Counted from the stretch's first letter, positions 22,001 through 32,500 are shown. The stretch: DNA of 33,000 nucleotides from Iphione sp. A-MEVVRFRX5 (GCA_976226885.1 OZ320316.1:88784001-88817000), one strand, 5' to 3'. Notes: generated from the letters alone by a model not told the origin. Program-made: numbers and translations.

Positions 22001-24253
22001 TCGCTGTGAATATATTTTTCCCGGTTTTTGTCTCTCAGGTTCAATGCTAGGGGCCGGTTCGACGCACGAGTTTCATCTGCATGAATGCCTAAATTGAAAA
22101 TATTTGATGTAAAGTTAATCAGTGTCCAAACCAGTCCTTCACGTTCTACCAGCACCGCGGCACAAAACCATTTACTTCCACCTTGACGCTAAATGTCTTC
22201 AGCATGTCCAAACATAAAACACGAAGAACGGACAAGGGAAGGACACCAGGAAAAGCGCAAATCCCCTATGTTGCTCTTTAGGAATGGATTCCACCAACAA
22301 TAAGCACACACTTCTTCCTCGACAGACAACTATACAAACCGGATTCCCCTCTGGAGAAGGGACCCGTATTGTCAAGGGAATACAGGCAACCTGCGGTCTT
22401 TTGCGCGTTTTTTTCCCTCGTTTTCACCAAAATATATTTTGTCTAAATGTCAGCATAATATTATGTACTTCTGTTAAGTCAGTACTTGACATAAAAGTCT
22501 GCCTTCAAGAAAGGTTCCTTAGTATGAACCCATATTCCATATTTGTATTGTTATATATAGATACAATTTGCTGCAGACACTTTATTTAAAAAAAACTCTA
22601 CACAGCAAGGCGTAGTCCTAGCCCAAAGACAACGTTTCAATAATTCATGCATGGTTCCAGGCAACACAAGCGCACGGTTCAGGAGTCTACTAATTCTGTG
22701 TTCAGGCTGGTATGAATTTAGCCGGGGTTGGCGGTGCGTTCTATAGTTCTAGAAAGACCTACCTTTCAGTAACCAGTTCACTGTCTTTTGAAGCCTTGAC
22801 TAACATTATTTTGGCTTTATTTTGCGTGGAATGTTCGAAACGCGCCAAGCGACTGATTTACACACTATTTTAATGTCGGAGATATCGAGAGATGGCGCAG
22901 GATAGTTCGTCTCGTAATCACATGATGTCAGCACCTTACAGCCTAATAAAGGCCCTCAGTTCCACATTCTCTCATATCAAAATATCACTTGCATAAATGC
23001 TTGAATTTCAAACAGTTCATTTTAATGTAATTCTTTCGATGCACGTACACTGTGAAAATGAGTTCATGGAAACATTTTAAGTTTATTGTAGCCCCAACCC
23101 AGAGTGGTACACAACTTGTAAAAGTAGGTTGTGGATGTATAGCATTCTGTCATCTCTGCACAAAAAAAAACAGAAACCTAGTTGAAATAACAGTAGGGGA
23201 CAACCCTGGGTATTTGGGTCTCACAGTTCTCAATAATAGATGGTAATATGCTATCCTAGGAGCATATGGAAGAATCCTGTCACGATGATAGGTAAAAATG
23301 AAACGTTCAGTCTATTGGTCGGACATAATACTCACTGGCTAAAGAGCTGGTAGATACCTGTTAAGAGATGCCCCCTTGCAAGACAAACGTTATATGGATC
23401 AGCTAGTAATTGATTGGATATAATGTTATGCATTGAGTTCAACAAGAGAATATCTGGAATAGTCCTTACACAACTAAAACCTTGGTCCGATTAAGATTAA
23501 ATAGTGTTGGTCATTTTGGAAGAATTATCAAGCAGTATTTTAGGAATGACGATTTCATTCCCATACATACATACACAATCAGTTTTCGGTGCTGTTACCA
23601 GAAAACAAGCGACACAGTATAAGATATGGAAGTTGATTGCACTGCCAGCCTGAGATTACTCAAACAACTCCACATTAGCATCAACTGAAACCCCTATATA
23701 TATATATGCATTCTATGTACAGACAACTCTCTCCACATACAAATATTGCCACAAGGGCACGGATGGCATACCAGCACGCATGAGTACAGAGAAACAGAAA
23801 GGTTAAAACACTAAATCGGATGTTCCTCTGTTATAGTCCTCTTTATGAAATTTCACCTTTCTACCTGAGATGGAGGTATTGTAATCCACATGAACCACTT
23901 AATCTAATTGTTGATGATTAGATATTTGAGTAAATGATTCAAATATTTGTTTTCTTCTTAACTGAATTATACATATCATTTCAGGTATATGTTTATCTTA
24001 ACACTATCAATGGATATAAAGATATATATCAAACCATTAATAATAATTAGTATGTTCTTGAATCTGGTTTCAAAAGCCATGTGCTTTTCAGACGGACGCA
24101 CTCGAAGAAAACTGCCGTACAATAGGGCCACCTAGAGTGTAGAAGTGGAGTTCACCAGTGGTGCACCTACTGCCAGGCAGATGATGTTGAGCCTTCAGAG
24201 AGTTCCGTTGAGGGACTGTGTCCCACGCAGGATGGTAGTGACCAAACCTAGAA

Positions 24254-24295
24254 TTCTTCTTCTTCTTCTTCTTCTTCTTCTTCTTCTTCTTCTTC
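24254..24295. repeat. (TTC)14 trinucleotide microsatellite
   Basis: Directly visible, perfect 42 bp. Confidence 0.98.
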
Positions 24296-24297
24296 AG

Positions 24298-24455
24298 GCA
24301 TTAACTTGCTCAAGTATGGAGAACTTGGAAAGTCCCAGCAATGACACCCCCCCCCCCCATCAATGGATGAAGGGCTTCTAGAGGGAAAGGAAATAGGAAG
24401 TGAGGACATAGCAGCCATGGTGGGAGACCTCGGAATGAGCACAGTGGGAGACACA
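24298..24455 (+). CDS. Candidate acidic coding exon, frameshifted at a C12 homopolymer
   Basis: Acceptor (TTC)n-AG|GCA and donor ACA|GTGAGT. Phase 0-0 if the C run were 10 or 13 long: ALTCSSMENLESPSNDTPPP/SMDEGLLEGKEIGSEDIAAMVGDLGMSTVGDT. Confidence 0.3.
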
Positions 24456-25442
24456 GTGAGTATCCCAATACCTGAGCAGCAATTGAGACAAGAGGCTGAG
24501 GAGATGGACACAGATGGACACGAAGGAACTACAAGAGATTGGAGAGCTATCAAGGTATATAGAGGAGAAGCAGGCAAAACTATCCCGAAACTATAGTTAC
24601 GAGAATATGTATAGAGTGTGACAATGTGACTGGCTGTTCCACCTCAGCCTGGGTGATGAAGAAGACCGAGCCCGCAGTGTGAGGTCTGCGTATAGTTGCC
24701 CAAGCTTAGCGAGACGGCCGGTCATATCGGCACACTGCATATGCATATTCTTTTATCATACTCCTTCAGAGTTAATGGGAAATCCTTTGAAACTTCGATT
24801 CTGATCAAACAGACATGATAACAAGACCCTCACCGCCATGTTGGATAGGCATAGATCAAGCACTCGGTTCAGAGTTTGGATAATAGAAATATAATATGAA
24901 AAAAGATTTTTACCGATCAAAAACGCGAAGAGATTACACGCACACTCTCTATATATTCTGCTTTTCATAAAACTTCAAAATTTATGGAAAAGCCTTTTGA
25001 AATCACAGTTTTGATTGAACAAAGTGGATGATATTGTTTACGTATGCTGCCACGTTGCATGGAGCATCATGGGAATGTGTTGTTTGAGATCACTGTCTCC
25101 CTGGTGTGTGGAGGTGAAAGAGCAGGTAAATTGGGACAGAGATATAGTGGAGCACAGTATGTGTGGATCCTTATTACCTGTCCAATGATCTTTGGGATCT
25201 TCCGGTCTCAGGTGTGAGAATGGAGGTCCTCTTCTTGTAGGTGCTCTACAGTCTTTCTTAGAATATCATGTAATATGTACTGAGCTCTGACACTGTAATA
25301 ATGTATTTATGCTGGATATACATGTATCTCTGAGTGTATTGTGAATAAAGGGAGTTGTGAGTGGTGTTGAGTCTCTCTTCATACAACTTAGTTAGGTCTG
25401 ATCAACTATCTCAGAATTCCATACATATAAATGAAGGAGTCA

Positions 25443-25536
25443 ATATATTTTGCATATATGCAAAATATATATTTATAAAATATATAAAATATATAAATAT
25501 ATAAATATATAAATATATATCAAAATATATATATAT
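25443..25536. repeat. 28-bp perfect palindrome followed by AT-rich 8-mer/(AT)n tandem repeats
   Basis: ATATATTTTGCATATATGCAAAATATAT (25443-25470) is its own reverse complement. It is followed by ATAAATAT-type repeats. Confidence 0.9.
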
Positions 25537-25603
25537 GATCTTAAGTAGGTATGAACACACAAACACAACTCGGCGAATATCATTTTTGTTGTTTTTTTAA
25601 TTT

Positions 25604-25640
25604 TCCCAACATTTCGACATTCAACAGTCTTCTTCAGGGA
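25604..25640 (-). ncRNA. Degenerate minimal hammerhead-like motif of the type found at Penelope-like retroelement termini
   Basis: Minus strand reads TCCCTGAAGAAGAC-TGTTGAAT-GTC-GAAATGTTGGGA: CUGANGA core, 3-bp GAC/GUC stem, GAAA, and complementary TCCC/GGGA flanks. The cleavage-site region is non-consensus. Confidence 0.42.
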
Positions 25641-26808
25641 TAATAATTTGCATATATATGTATAACTGTTGATGTTATATTGAAGAGTAGCACACAAGGG
25701 TGACTACCTTCCTTCTGACAGCATTCATGAAAAGTATAGTAAAAGCTTTGGTTGTAGCTATGCAGGTCCCAACAGTTCACCTTTCAAATATGGCAGCAGT
25801 GTATAGGACTGATGTTGTGATCAGGATGTCCAGTAAATCCATACATGTAACAACAGCTCAAATAAAGGTAACACAAGATTCCATAAATAAATGGCAAATA
25901 TTAAAATAATGGTGGTAAAGCAACCAGATGCTTTCCAGCAATGCAATATAAATGGTATCAGTCAGTATTGATGGTGAATAGAGAGCTCTTAGTACAATGC
26001 AAATACATTGTATAAAGTGTTCTACCTGGGTTATCTGGCCTGGATTCTGGCTAAACCCACTGCCAAAGGTTTGGCCAGAGGTCCCAGGCTGTAAGGCTGG
26101 TGCTGGAGGTTGTGAACTGTTGAACTACCTGTTGATCTGTCTGGTCATTTTGGGTTATGAGGTTGCTTATAATTGTGCTCTCATGGTATCCAGGGTCTCT
26201 TGGGTTTGTTTGGCCCCATAACCACAATGGTTAAAACCAACAGGGACAAACATGTTTGGATACATACAAAAGGTCATGTGAGAGGAAGTCACTTCATGGA
26301 GGCAGGGTCTCTGAGGCTAGCCTTGGCCAATCACAGGGGTTCTTGGGCAAGGCTCCTGGGTTGCAAGCTAGGGGTTGGTTTACAGTCAGTCAGGTGTAAA
26401 GGGTACCTTGTATTCATCTTTCTTAACTCTAACAATGTGCCTACTGGTCCTTCCATCTGGCTTCACTGAGGTAAGCTCCTTTGCTGGTTGCAAAGAGTTC
26501 CACAGTAAAAGCAGCTTAAGAGAGATCCCTCTTGCTAGCTCCATTGAGGCAGGCTCCTTAACTAGCTGCTCAGGATTTACTCAACAGGTGCAACTTAAAG
26601 CCTGAAAGGCTGAATAAGTCTAGGCTTGGGTTTACAGGGAAGTAGGTTAGGCTCTTTTACACTGAAGTCTTAAGGTTAAGTTCATCATATTCCTTTGCCA
26701 TTGATATTACAGAAAATAATATAACTCCTTCATAAAGATAGATTGCCATATATATTAACATTCACATTTAACCATAACTGAACTTTGGTATATACATATA
26801 GACTGTAT
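25617..26808. other. CpG-free tract (~1.2 kb); probably an old methylated, decayed element
   Basis: A line-by-line scan finds no CG dinucleotide between 25615-16 and 26809-10, despite plenty of C and G in 26.0-26.65 kb. Confidence 0.85.
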
Positions 26809-27413
26809 CGTTACTGATATAAATCTATGTTATACTGTGTTGCCACTACAATAGTTAATAAATACTGTTTAAATCAGTTCATGAATATTAATCATAGGTA
26901 CATACATACACAAAATTAAACTAAAGGTGAATCAGGCATAAATGTTTGTAAGAGTCCATAATCTAACACTTCTGACCCATGTGCCTTTTTAGAGTGAATT
27001 TGATTTTGTAAAAAAACTAAATATGGGATTAATAGAGGATTAATCACTGAGCAAAGATATAGAATTTATTAAATGAGCATACAAAAGCATTTCAGAACAA
27101 GAATTGAGCCATTTTAAGGAATGAAAGTTCGCTGTAAAGTCGTCGGGTGGTCACTAAAAGCCTTTCCAAACCTTCATAAACATTTGAAAATGATCAAATT
27201 ACATTTTAAATCAAGCTTCCTTGGTATGGACAACACACACTTACTTTTATTTACTCCGATGTATTTTAAAGCTCCAGACCCCCCTCAATAGAAATGGTAG
27301 GTGATAAAATAATATCCTTTTTGTCTAAATATGGCAGATGGTCCTACCCTGCGATCTTTACGGGAGCAGAGGTATAGCATGACAAAAGGTCTAAAATTCA
27401 CACATTTTTTCTT

Positions 27414-27567
27414 TCATTGCATGCAATGATTTAAATCATTTGTCCAGGTCAAAATCTTGAACATCGCATCATACCATGACATACATCTACTTGAAACACC
27501 TTTGGTGGTGGAGGTATCTCTCGAGGGAGGGATTTAAAATAATGAAACACCATGAAACTTTCATGGT
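27414..27567. repeat. Cluster of perfect short inverted repeats
   Basis: TCATTGCATGCAATGA (27414-29) and AATGATTTAAATCATT (27425-40) are overlapping 16-bp palindromes. ACCATGAAA-C-TTTCATGGT lies at 27549-67. Confidence 0.9.
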
Positions 27568-28834
27568 CGATGACACTTCCCTGTTCTAGTGTTGAATAAT
27601 CGTTCCTCACAGTGTGAGAATATCATTCAGGTGAGAGGAAAGGGAATGCCATTAGCAAAAGGAGGGAGACTGAGACAGCATCTAAGGGGAATCCAGATGC
27701 AGCTGTACGTGTGTAATCATTCTCAACTGTTAACTGGGGTGACGGATGGAGTTGTTAATAGGTGAGGATTTTTAGCTGTGATGAAGAATGTTCGACAGCC
27801 TACCAGTCGGGATCAAAAGATAAAACGCCTCTGGCTGAATGTGTGGGAAGATTTGACAGGTGCGACAAGGAGAAGACCTCGAACTCCATCAAACCTCATA
27901 TTGAAGCAAACTAGATGTACCGTTTGTTGAATGTCTTTTTATTAAATTCTGCTCATACAGTGAAGCAGAGGCTTAGGGAGGAAAGGAAGGTGGGGAGTAT
28001 CCTTGGTCACATTGAAATCCCTGGATTGCGTGCTCTCATAATGGTTGGCTATTCAGTTCCTATCTCTCCTTTAAGTAGGATCTTTAACTTGAAGGCGAAA
28101 GAGGCAGTTGAGCTTTCTATGTTGCACCTGTGAAGGATGAACAGGGCTAAATATGTATGCAGGACTAATAGCCGTAAGTTGCCCCCTTGTATTTCTTGAA
28201 CAGGTGTGACATGATGGTGTGTATCTACCTCGTGAATCGCTCCCACACCGTTGCATACAGTAATGATATGGTCTGCAAAGGAAAATATATCGGGTGAGAT
28301 TTCTTTTGAGTGATCCCGTCACAGAAGTAAGGGACGCCATGTAAAGTTGATAAATCTGCAAACTTCTTCTCGAGAGTGTCCACTGTGGTTGTGAGCTTAA
28401 CGAAGAAACGAACACTATCCTCATGCACTCCTGGATGGAGAACCCCAGGTTGTAGGGCTGCTGCATAATTTGCCCGCATGTTACTATTCAGGCTACTGGT
28501 GATATAACCTTTCACGGGATATTTGGACGAGAGAGTGCGTCTTCAGGGAAGCAAATATGATAGCTGAATAGAGGGTTAGCAACATGTTGCAGTCAACCTG
28601 TGTCTATTACTTATGGATTGAAAATGCGATCGGTTGCATTGTTTGGCAGATTTGTGCCCTCTTGTATGAGTGTGTGTACATTTGTGTGTGTTTTGCGGAG
28701 CACTGCTATCAATTCGCCCACTGTTCTACCGAATTGCTAACTTTTAAAGGCAAAACAGTCGGAAATTATTTTCTGCTAATGAGGTCAGCTATCCCCACCA
28801 TCCCCCCCAATGATTACCTTTACCAAAATAACAC

Positions 28835-28836
<2 letters not shown>

Positions 28837-28872
<36 letters not shown>
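28837..28872. repeat. (AT)18 microsatellite
   Basis: Directly visible. Confidence 0.97.
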
Positions 28873-28874
<2 letters not shown>

Positions 28875-29086
28875 AAGTACAACAACACACAAATTGGGGG
28901 TATGAGATGCACACAATTTAGGCTTTATTAACATCGAAAAAGAAAAATTTTTTGAGTGAAGTGACAGTTGAATGCGATACGTTCCATAATGCTTGACGTA
29001 GCTTGGTTACAGAATGCTGTTGGAATACTACTTCTATGATGACGCTATGTTGCCTAGACAATATCCAAATGAATGCTTTATTTGAA

Positions 29087-29104
29087 ATATATATATATAT
29101 ATAT
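29087..29104. repeat. (AT)9 microsatellite
   Basis: Directly visible. Confidence 0.95.
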
Positions 29105-29190
29105 GATAACCTACACTGACCCAGTTTCAACATGCCCACCTAGTTCCATATTCTGAAATCGGTTTTAATTCTGTTGAAGTACCGCACTAA

Positions 29191-29422
29191 GCACCAGAGG
29201 GCATAATAACGTTTCCTCAAGATGGCGCGGCAGTCTAGAAAAGTGTTCCCTGACCCTGCCGGACTTTGCTCGGGGTTGTTAAGATACATGTACGTACACA
29301 TGTATAACAAGGGAGACTCCGACAGGCGCAATTGCAGAGCCATCTGGTTAAACATGTTTCGGCAGTTAAATCTTCACTTGTAGGTTTTGTTCATAATGCT
29401 TGATGGAAAATTGGCGCCATTT
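29191..29422. promoter_or_regulatory. CTCF-like and YY1-like motifs in a CpG-containing block
   Basis: GCACCAGAGGGCA (29191-203, CTCF-core-like), CAAGATGGCG (29218-27, YY1-type) and CGCCATTT (29415-22, YY1-type on the minus strand). Confidence 0.3.
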
Positions 29423-29460
29423 CGCTGCTTTACTGTTTGCGGCTTCGTCCCAATCCCCCA

Positions 29461-29502
29461 ACACACACACTCAACACCCCCCCCCCACACACACACACAC
29501 AC
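29461..29502. repeat. (CA)n / C-run simple repeat
   Basis: ACACACACAC...CCCCCCCCCCACACACACACACACAC directly visible. Confidence 0.9.
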
Positions 29503-29521
29503 TCACTGCTAAAATAGATTA

Positions 29522-29549
29522 CAGTCGAAACTTGCATAGGTAACCAACC
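29522..29549 (+). mobile_element. Isolated pogo-like MITE terminus
   Basis: TA|CAGTCGAAACTTGCATAGGTAACCAACC. The first 8 nt are identical to the terminus at 5590 (CAGTCGAA). No partner end found. Confidence 0.2.
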
Positions 29550-32500
29550 ACGGGACTCGGATGTTTGGGTCTCTCCTCTCCTCTCTCTCCTCCCTACAAG
29601 TTGATTATTATATGAAGAGACATTTTTGAACTGGAGGGTTTGGGCCTCTTTCCTGGCCGGTTTGGTCTCCCCTGAGAGCTGGTCTGTAAGAGGGTGTCAC
29701 GATTGTATCTAAGAAACTTTAAAAGTAGTGTTCAGAGAGAGTGAGAGAAAGCGCAGGTTTGAATTAGAAAAAGGAACAAATTCTGGACCGATTCTCTGTG
29801 CTTTCTGCTTTTTTCTCATGAATATTCCTCCAAAGGGTCAAATTCAACAATGCTGCATATAGACAGGAAACCCATCCTCTTTATGGACCCATGTTTGAAA
29901 AAGAAAATTCGCACTGTCCCTGGTGCTTCAGTATGGACAGAGTAATAAGGATGAGGGTAATTGATTATTAGATACAATATCGAAATCTGAACAGCTGTGT
30001 CTTTCACCTTTCAACGACTCGACACAAAAAAGTACGCTTAAAGGGGTAATTAACGCATCTGTTTCGATGAGATATATGGGCAAGTTTTCTTAAAGGCTTC
30101 ATCCCTCTGTCTGTGAATTATTTACAGCTTTATATATGCAGTGTACGATCAACCTGGCTTATTGAGGAATTCAATATACTCTATTTGACCACGTTATACA
30201 TGTTCAAGCAGGAAAAACGCACTATTGATGTATATAGATAAGATAATCTATACCTATTACTTTAGAGCATATAGTTATATATACCGTGTATTACATGTGG
30301 AAGGGCTGAAGATAGGGAACATAGTTATGTCAATTGTGGCAGACCTGGAGAATTTTTTTGGTGTTATAGGAAGAGAGTACCATATCGTAATTAGCCTAAT
30401 TACAGCATAACCACGACAAAGAGCAGTGGAGGTCTAGAAGTAATCTAGCTAGTATAGGGAAGTGGGTTAATCATTAAATGTGATGTTTCGGTGCGTAATT
30501 ATTGGTTTTCAAACGTATGTGAAGAAGTGTATGAGAACGTACATTCGGCACATATGTAAATGGTAATACTATATCAGCCGAAGATGTTTTTCTCGCTACG
30601 AGAGTCCTCCCCTCAGTTCATACGAAGATACGAGATGCCTGATGGGAAAAATCTTTTCTTGGGGGAAATTTGAAATGAGATATGATTAATGTCGCCGCCT
30701 TTAGAATCAATTTGATGTCAAAGATATAATATTATTAAAACTGCAGTGCGTCTATAGATCAGAGAGATGAAATAATTTTACAAGGAGCAATAAACATTTT
30801 GTACGTCAAAGAAATGTAAGTAGATGAAATAATTAGGTTATGATTGTGGTAAAATAATTTCGCACAAATCTTGCATTATATATAACTTTCAAGGAAAATG
30901 TCTATGGAGCTATAATTTCAATCATGTCTTTTCCCAGTATCTTTCTCCTCTCCACCAGGCGAGCCTTCTTCGTGTCACTGCCATATGGACTGTCATCTGT
31001 GTAATATGAAGCACTGCGTTCCGCTGCAGACGTCGTCACTTTCCAAGTACAATCACACAATGGCCTGCTCACCCCGTCAGCTGCAAGGACAACGTTGTAT
31101 CTGAGACCTGTAACTCGTCTCTGATGCAAGCAGTGGTGGCACTATGCTTGTGGCTCCCCCTACTGTTCTAGCTGTGAAGAAAGCAACAAGTCGAAACGTC
31201 CTCTGATGTTAGCCTCTTGCTACCTAGTGCTAAAGACAGCGATGAGAGAAGCTTTCCAAATCCGACCTATTTCCTTGGCAAGATTGGCAGCGCCTTAAGG
31301 TGTCTTGCAGGAGAATTACTTTCTTCTGCCTGCTTGACCGACAAAGCAAACGAACAGATTTGATTGGTATCGGACGGCTGGCGGTTAATTCCTCTTCTTT
31401 ACGGTCAGCTGCAGATGCACACGCTAGTTGTGTAATCAAACGCTGGAAAGTAAGAACATTTGCTACCACACTCAATATCTACCAATATACAATAAGTCGT
31501 AATGACCTTTATATAATATCATTCCCATCAAGAACGTCGCAGTTCTGGTATTTGGTCTACTAATCTCAGTCTATCATAATAATTATTCAACTCAAACCTC
31601 AACGTTAGCGCAATTGCCACGCCAGGTAAGAGGTACATTTTATCATACATACCATTTGCTAACACAACTTCATTTTTCGTAGTGCTGGACGCAATCTCTA
31701 TCAATCTTAAGTGTACACATATATTACTACCAAGACATGACCAAATTTAAAAGTATATCAGCCGTACTAAAAGTCTAATACCTATTCATGTAGTTAGATA
31801 ATATATTTTCAAGAATAACGGCGTTTAACGGAATATAGGTTATATATAAAGGAGATTATTATTTACGAAGACACCTTTCTTGATCTCCTCTGTCTTAGTA
31901 TTGAGGAAAATAGGATTTTGGTATTTACACATAATTTACACAAATTGTATAGAAGCTTGTATAATTTGCCTCAGGCTGAAAGGGGTTATTGACTTGAATG
32001 ATTCCATGGAGCCCGTGAATGAACCTCCTGTAACTTCCTTGGTATCCATCTCTGTGTGATTGCCTTCAGTTGAAAGTCACCCTAGAAGGCATGCCGGCAT
32101 TTTCGAGAATATCTTATATCCCCAGGTACGGGGTCTGTAACAGAGACAACTACTTATTTAGTTTTCTCTCCTCCTTCTTCGAAAGAGCACCGTCTGTGTA
32201 ATTAAATGTCAACGGAATGCGGCGCGATTTGTACATATAATTAATGCTAGGCCAGAATACATTCCCGGTGAGACCATTGCAATGTTTAATGGTGTTTTTA
32301 GCAGGATGGATTAGACCAGTGAAGGCTCACCCTTTAGGGAGCTCAGAAATTTGATGGAAAGGTGATTGCAACTACTTTCGTCTGGAATGAAGCTTTTCCT
32401 TGTATATTTCAAAATACAAACTACTCGGAAATCCGACCAACTTGACAATGTAATCGTCTTATCTGGTCAAGCCATTTTGGGTATATAAAGCTATATTCTA

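Noticed and set aside
24248-24577. Minus-strand ORF with a poly-Glu tail
   Set aside because: The poly-E is simply the (TTC)14 microsatellite read backwards. The rest is antisense to the more protein-like + strand frame.
24695-24735. 5S rRNA-like words (CCGAT, TCTCG, CTAAGC) on the minus strand
   Set aside because: Needs several gaps and mismatches, and there is no similarity to the rest of 5S.
25269-25384. Solo-LTR-like segment (TGTAAT...AATAAA...ACA)
   Set aside because: No target-site duplication for any boundary tried, no PBS or PPT, and no second copy.
11437-28075. 13-bp inverted pair CTTAAAGGAGAGA / TCTCTCCTTTAAG suggesting a 16.6-kb Kolobok-like TTAA element
   Set aside because: Several 13-bp inverted matches are expected by chance in 33 kb. 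Similarity does not extend inward, and there is no transposase between them.
27600-28515. Overlapping minus-strand ORFs as a frameshifted gene
   Set aside because: No family motif or codon bias, and no consistent frame path.
3645-32125. Other isolated splice-like signals (minus 3645-3701, minus donor 15563, + acceptor 22038, + 32070-32125)
   Set aside because: Such signals are expected by chance at this density, with no coding bias or recognisable peptide to support them.
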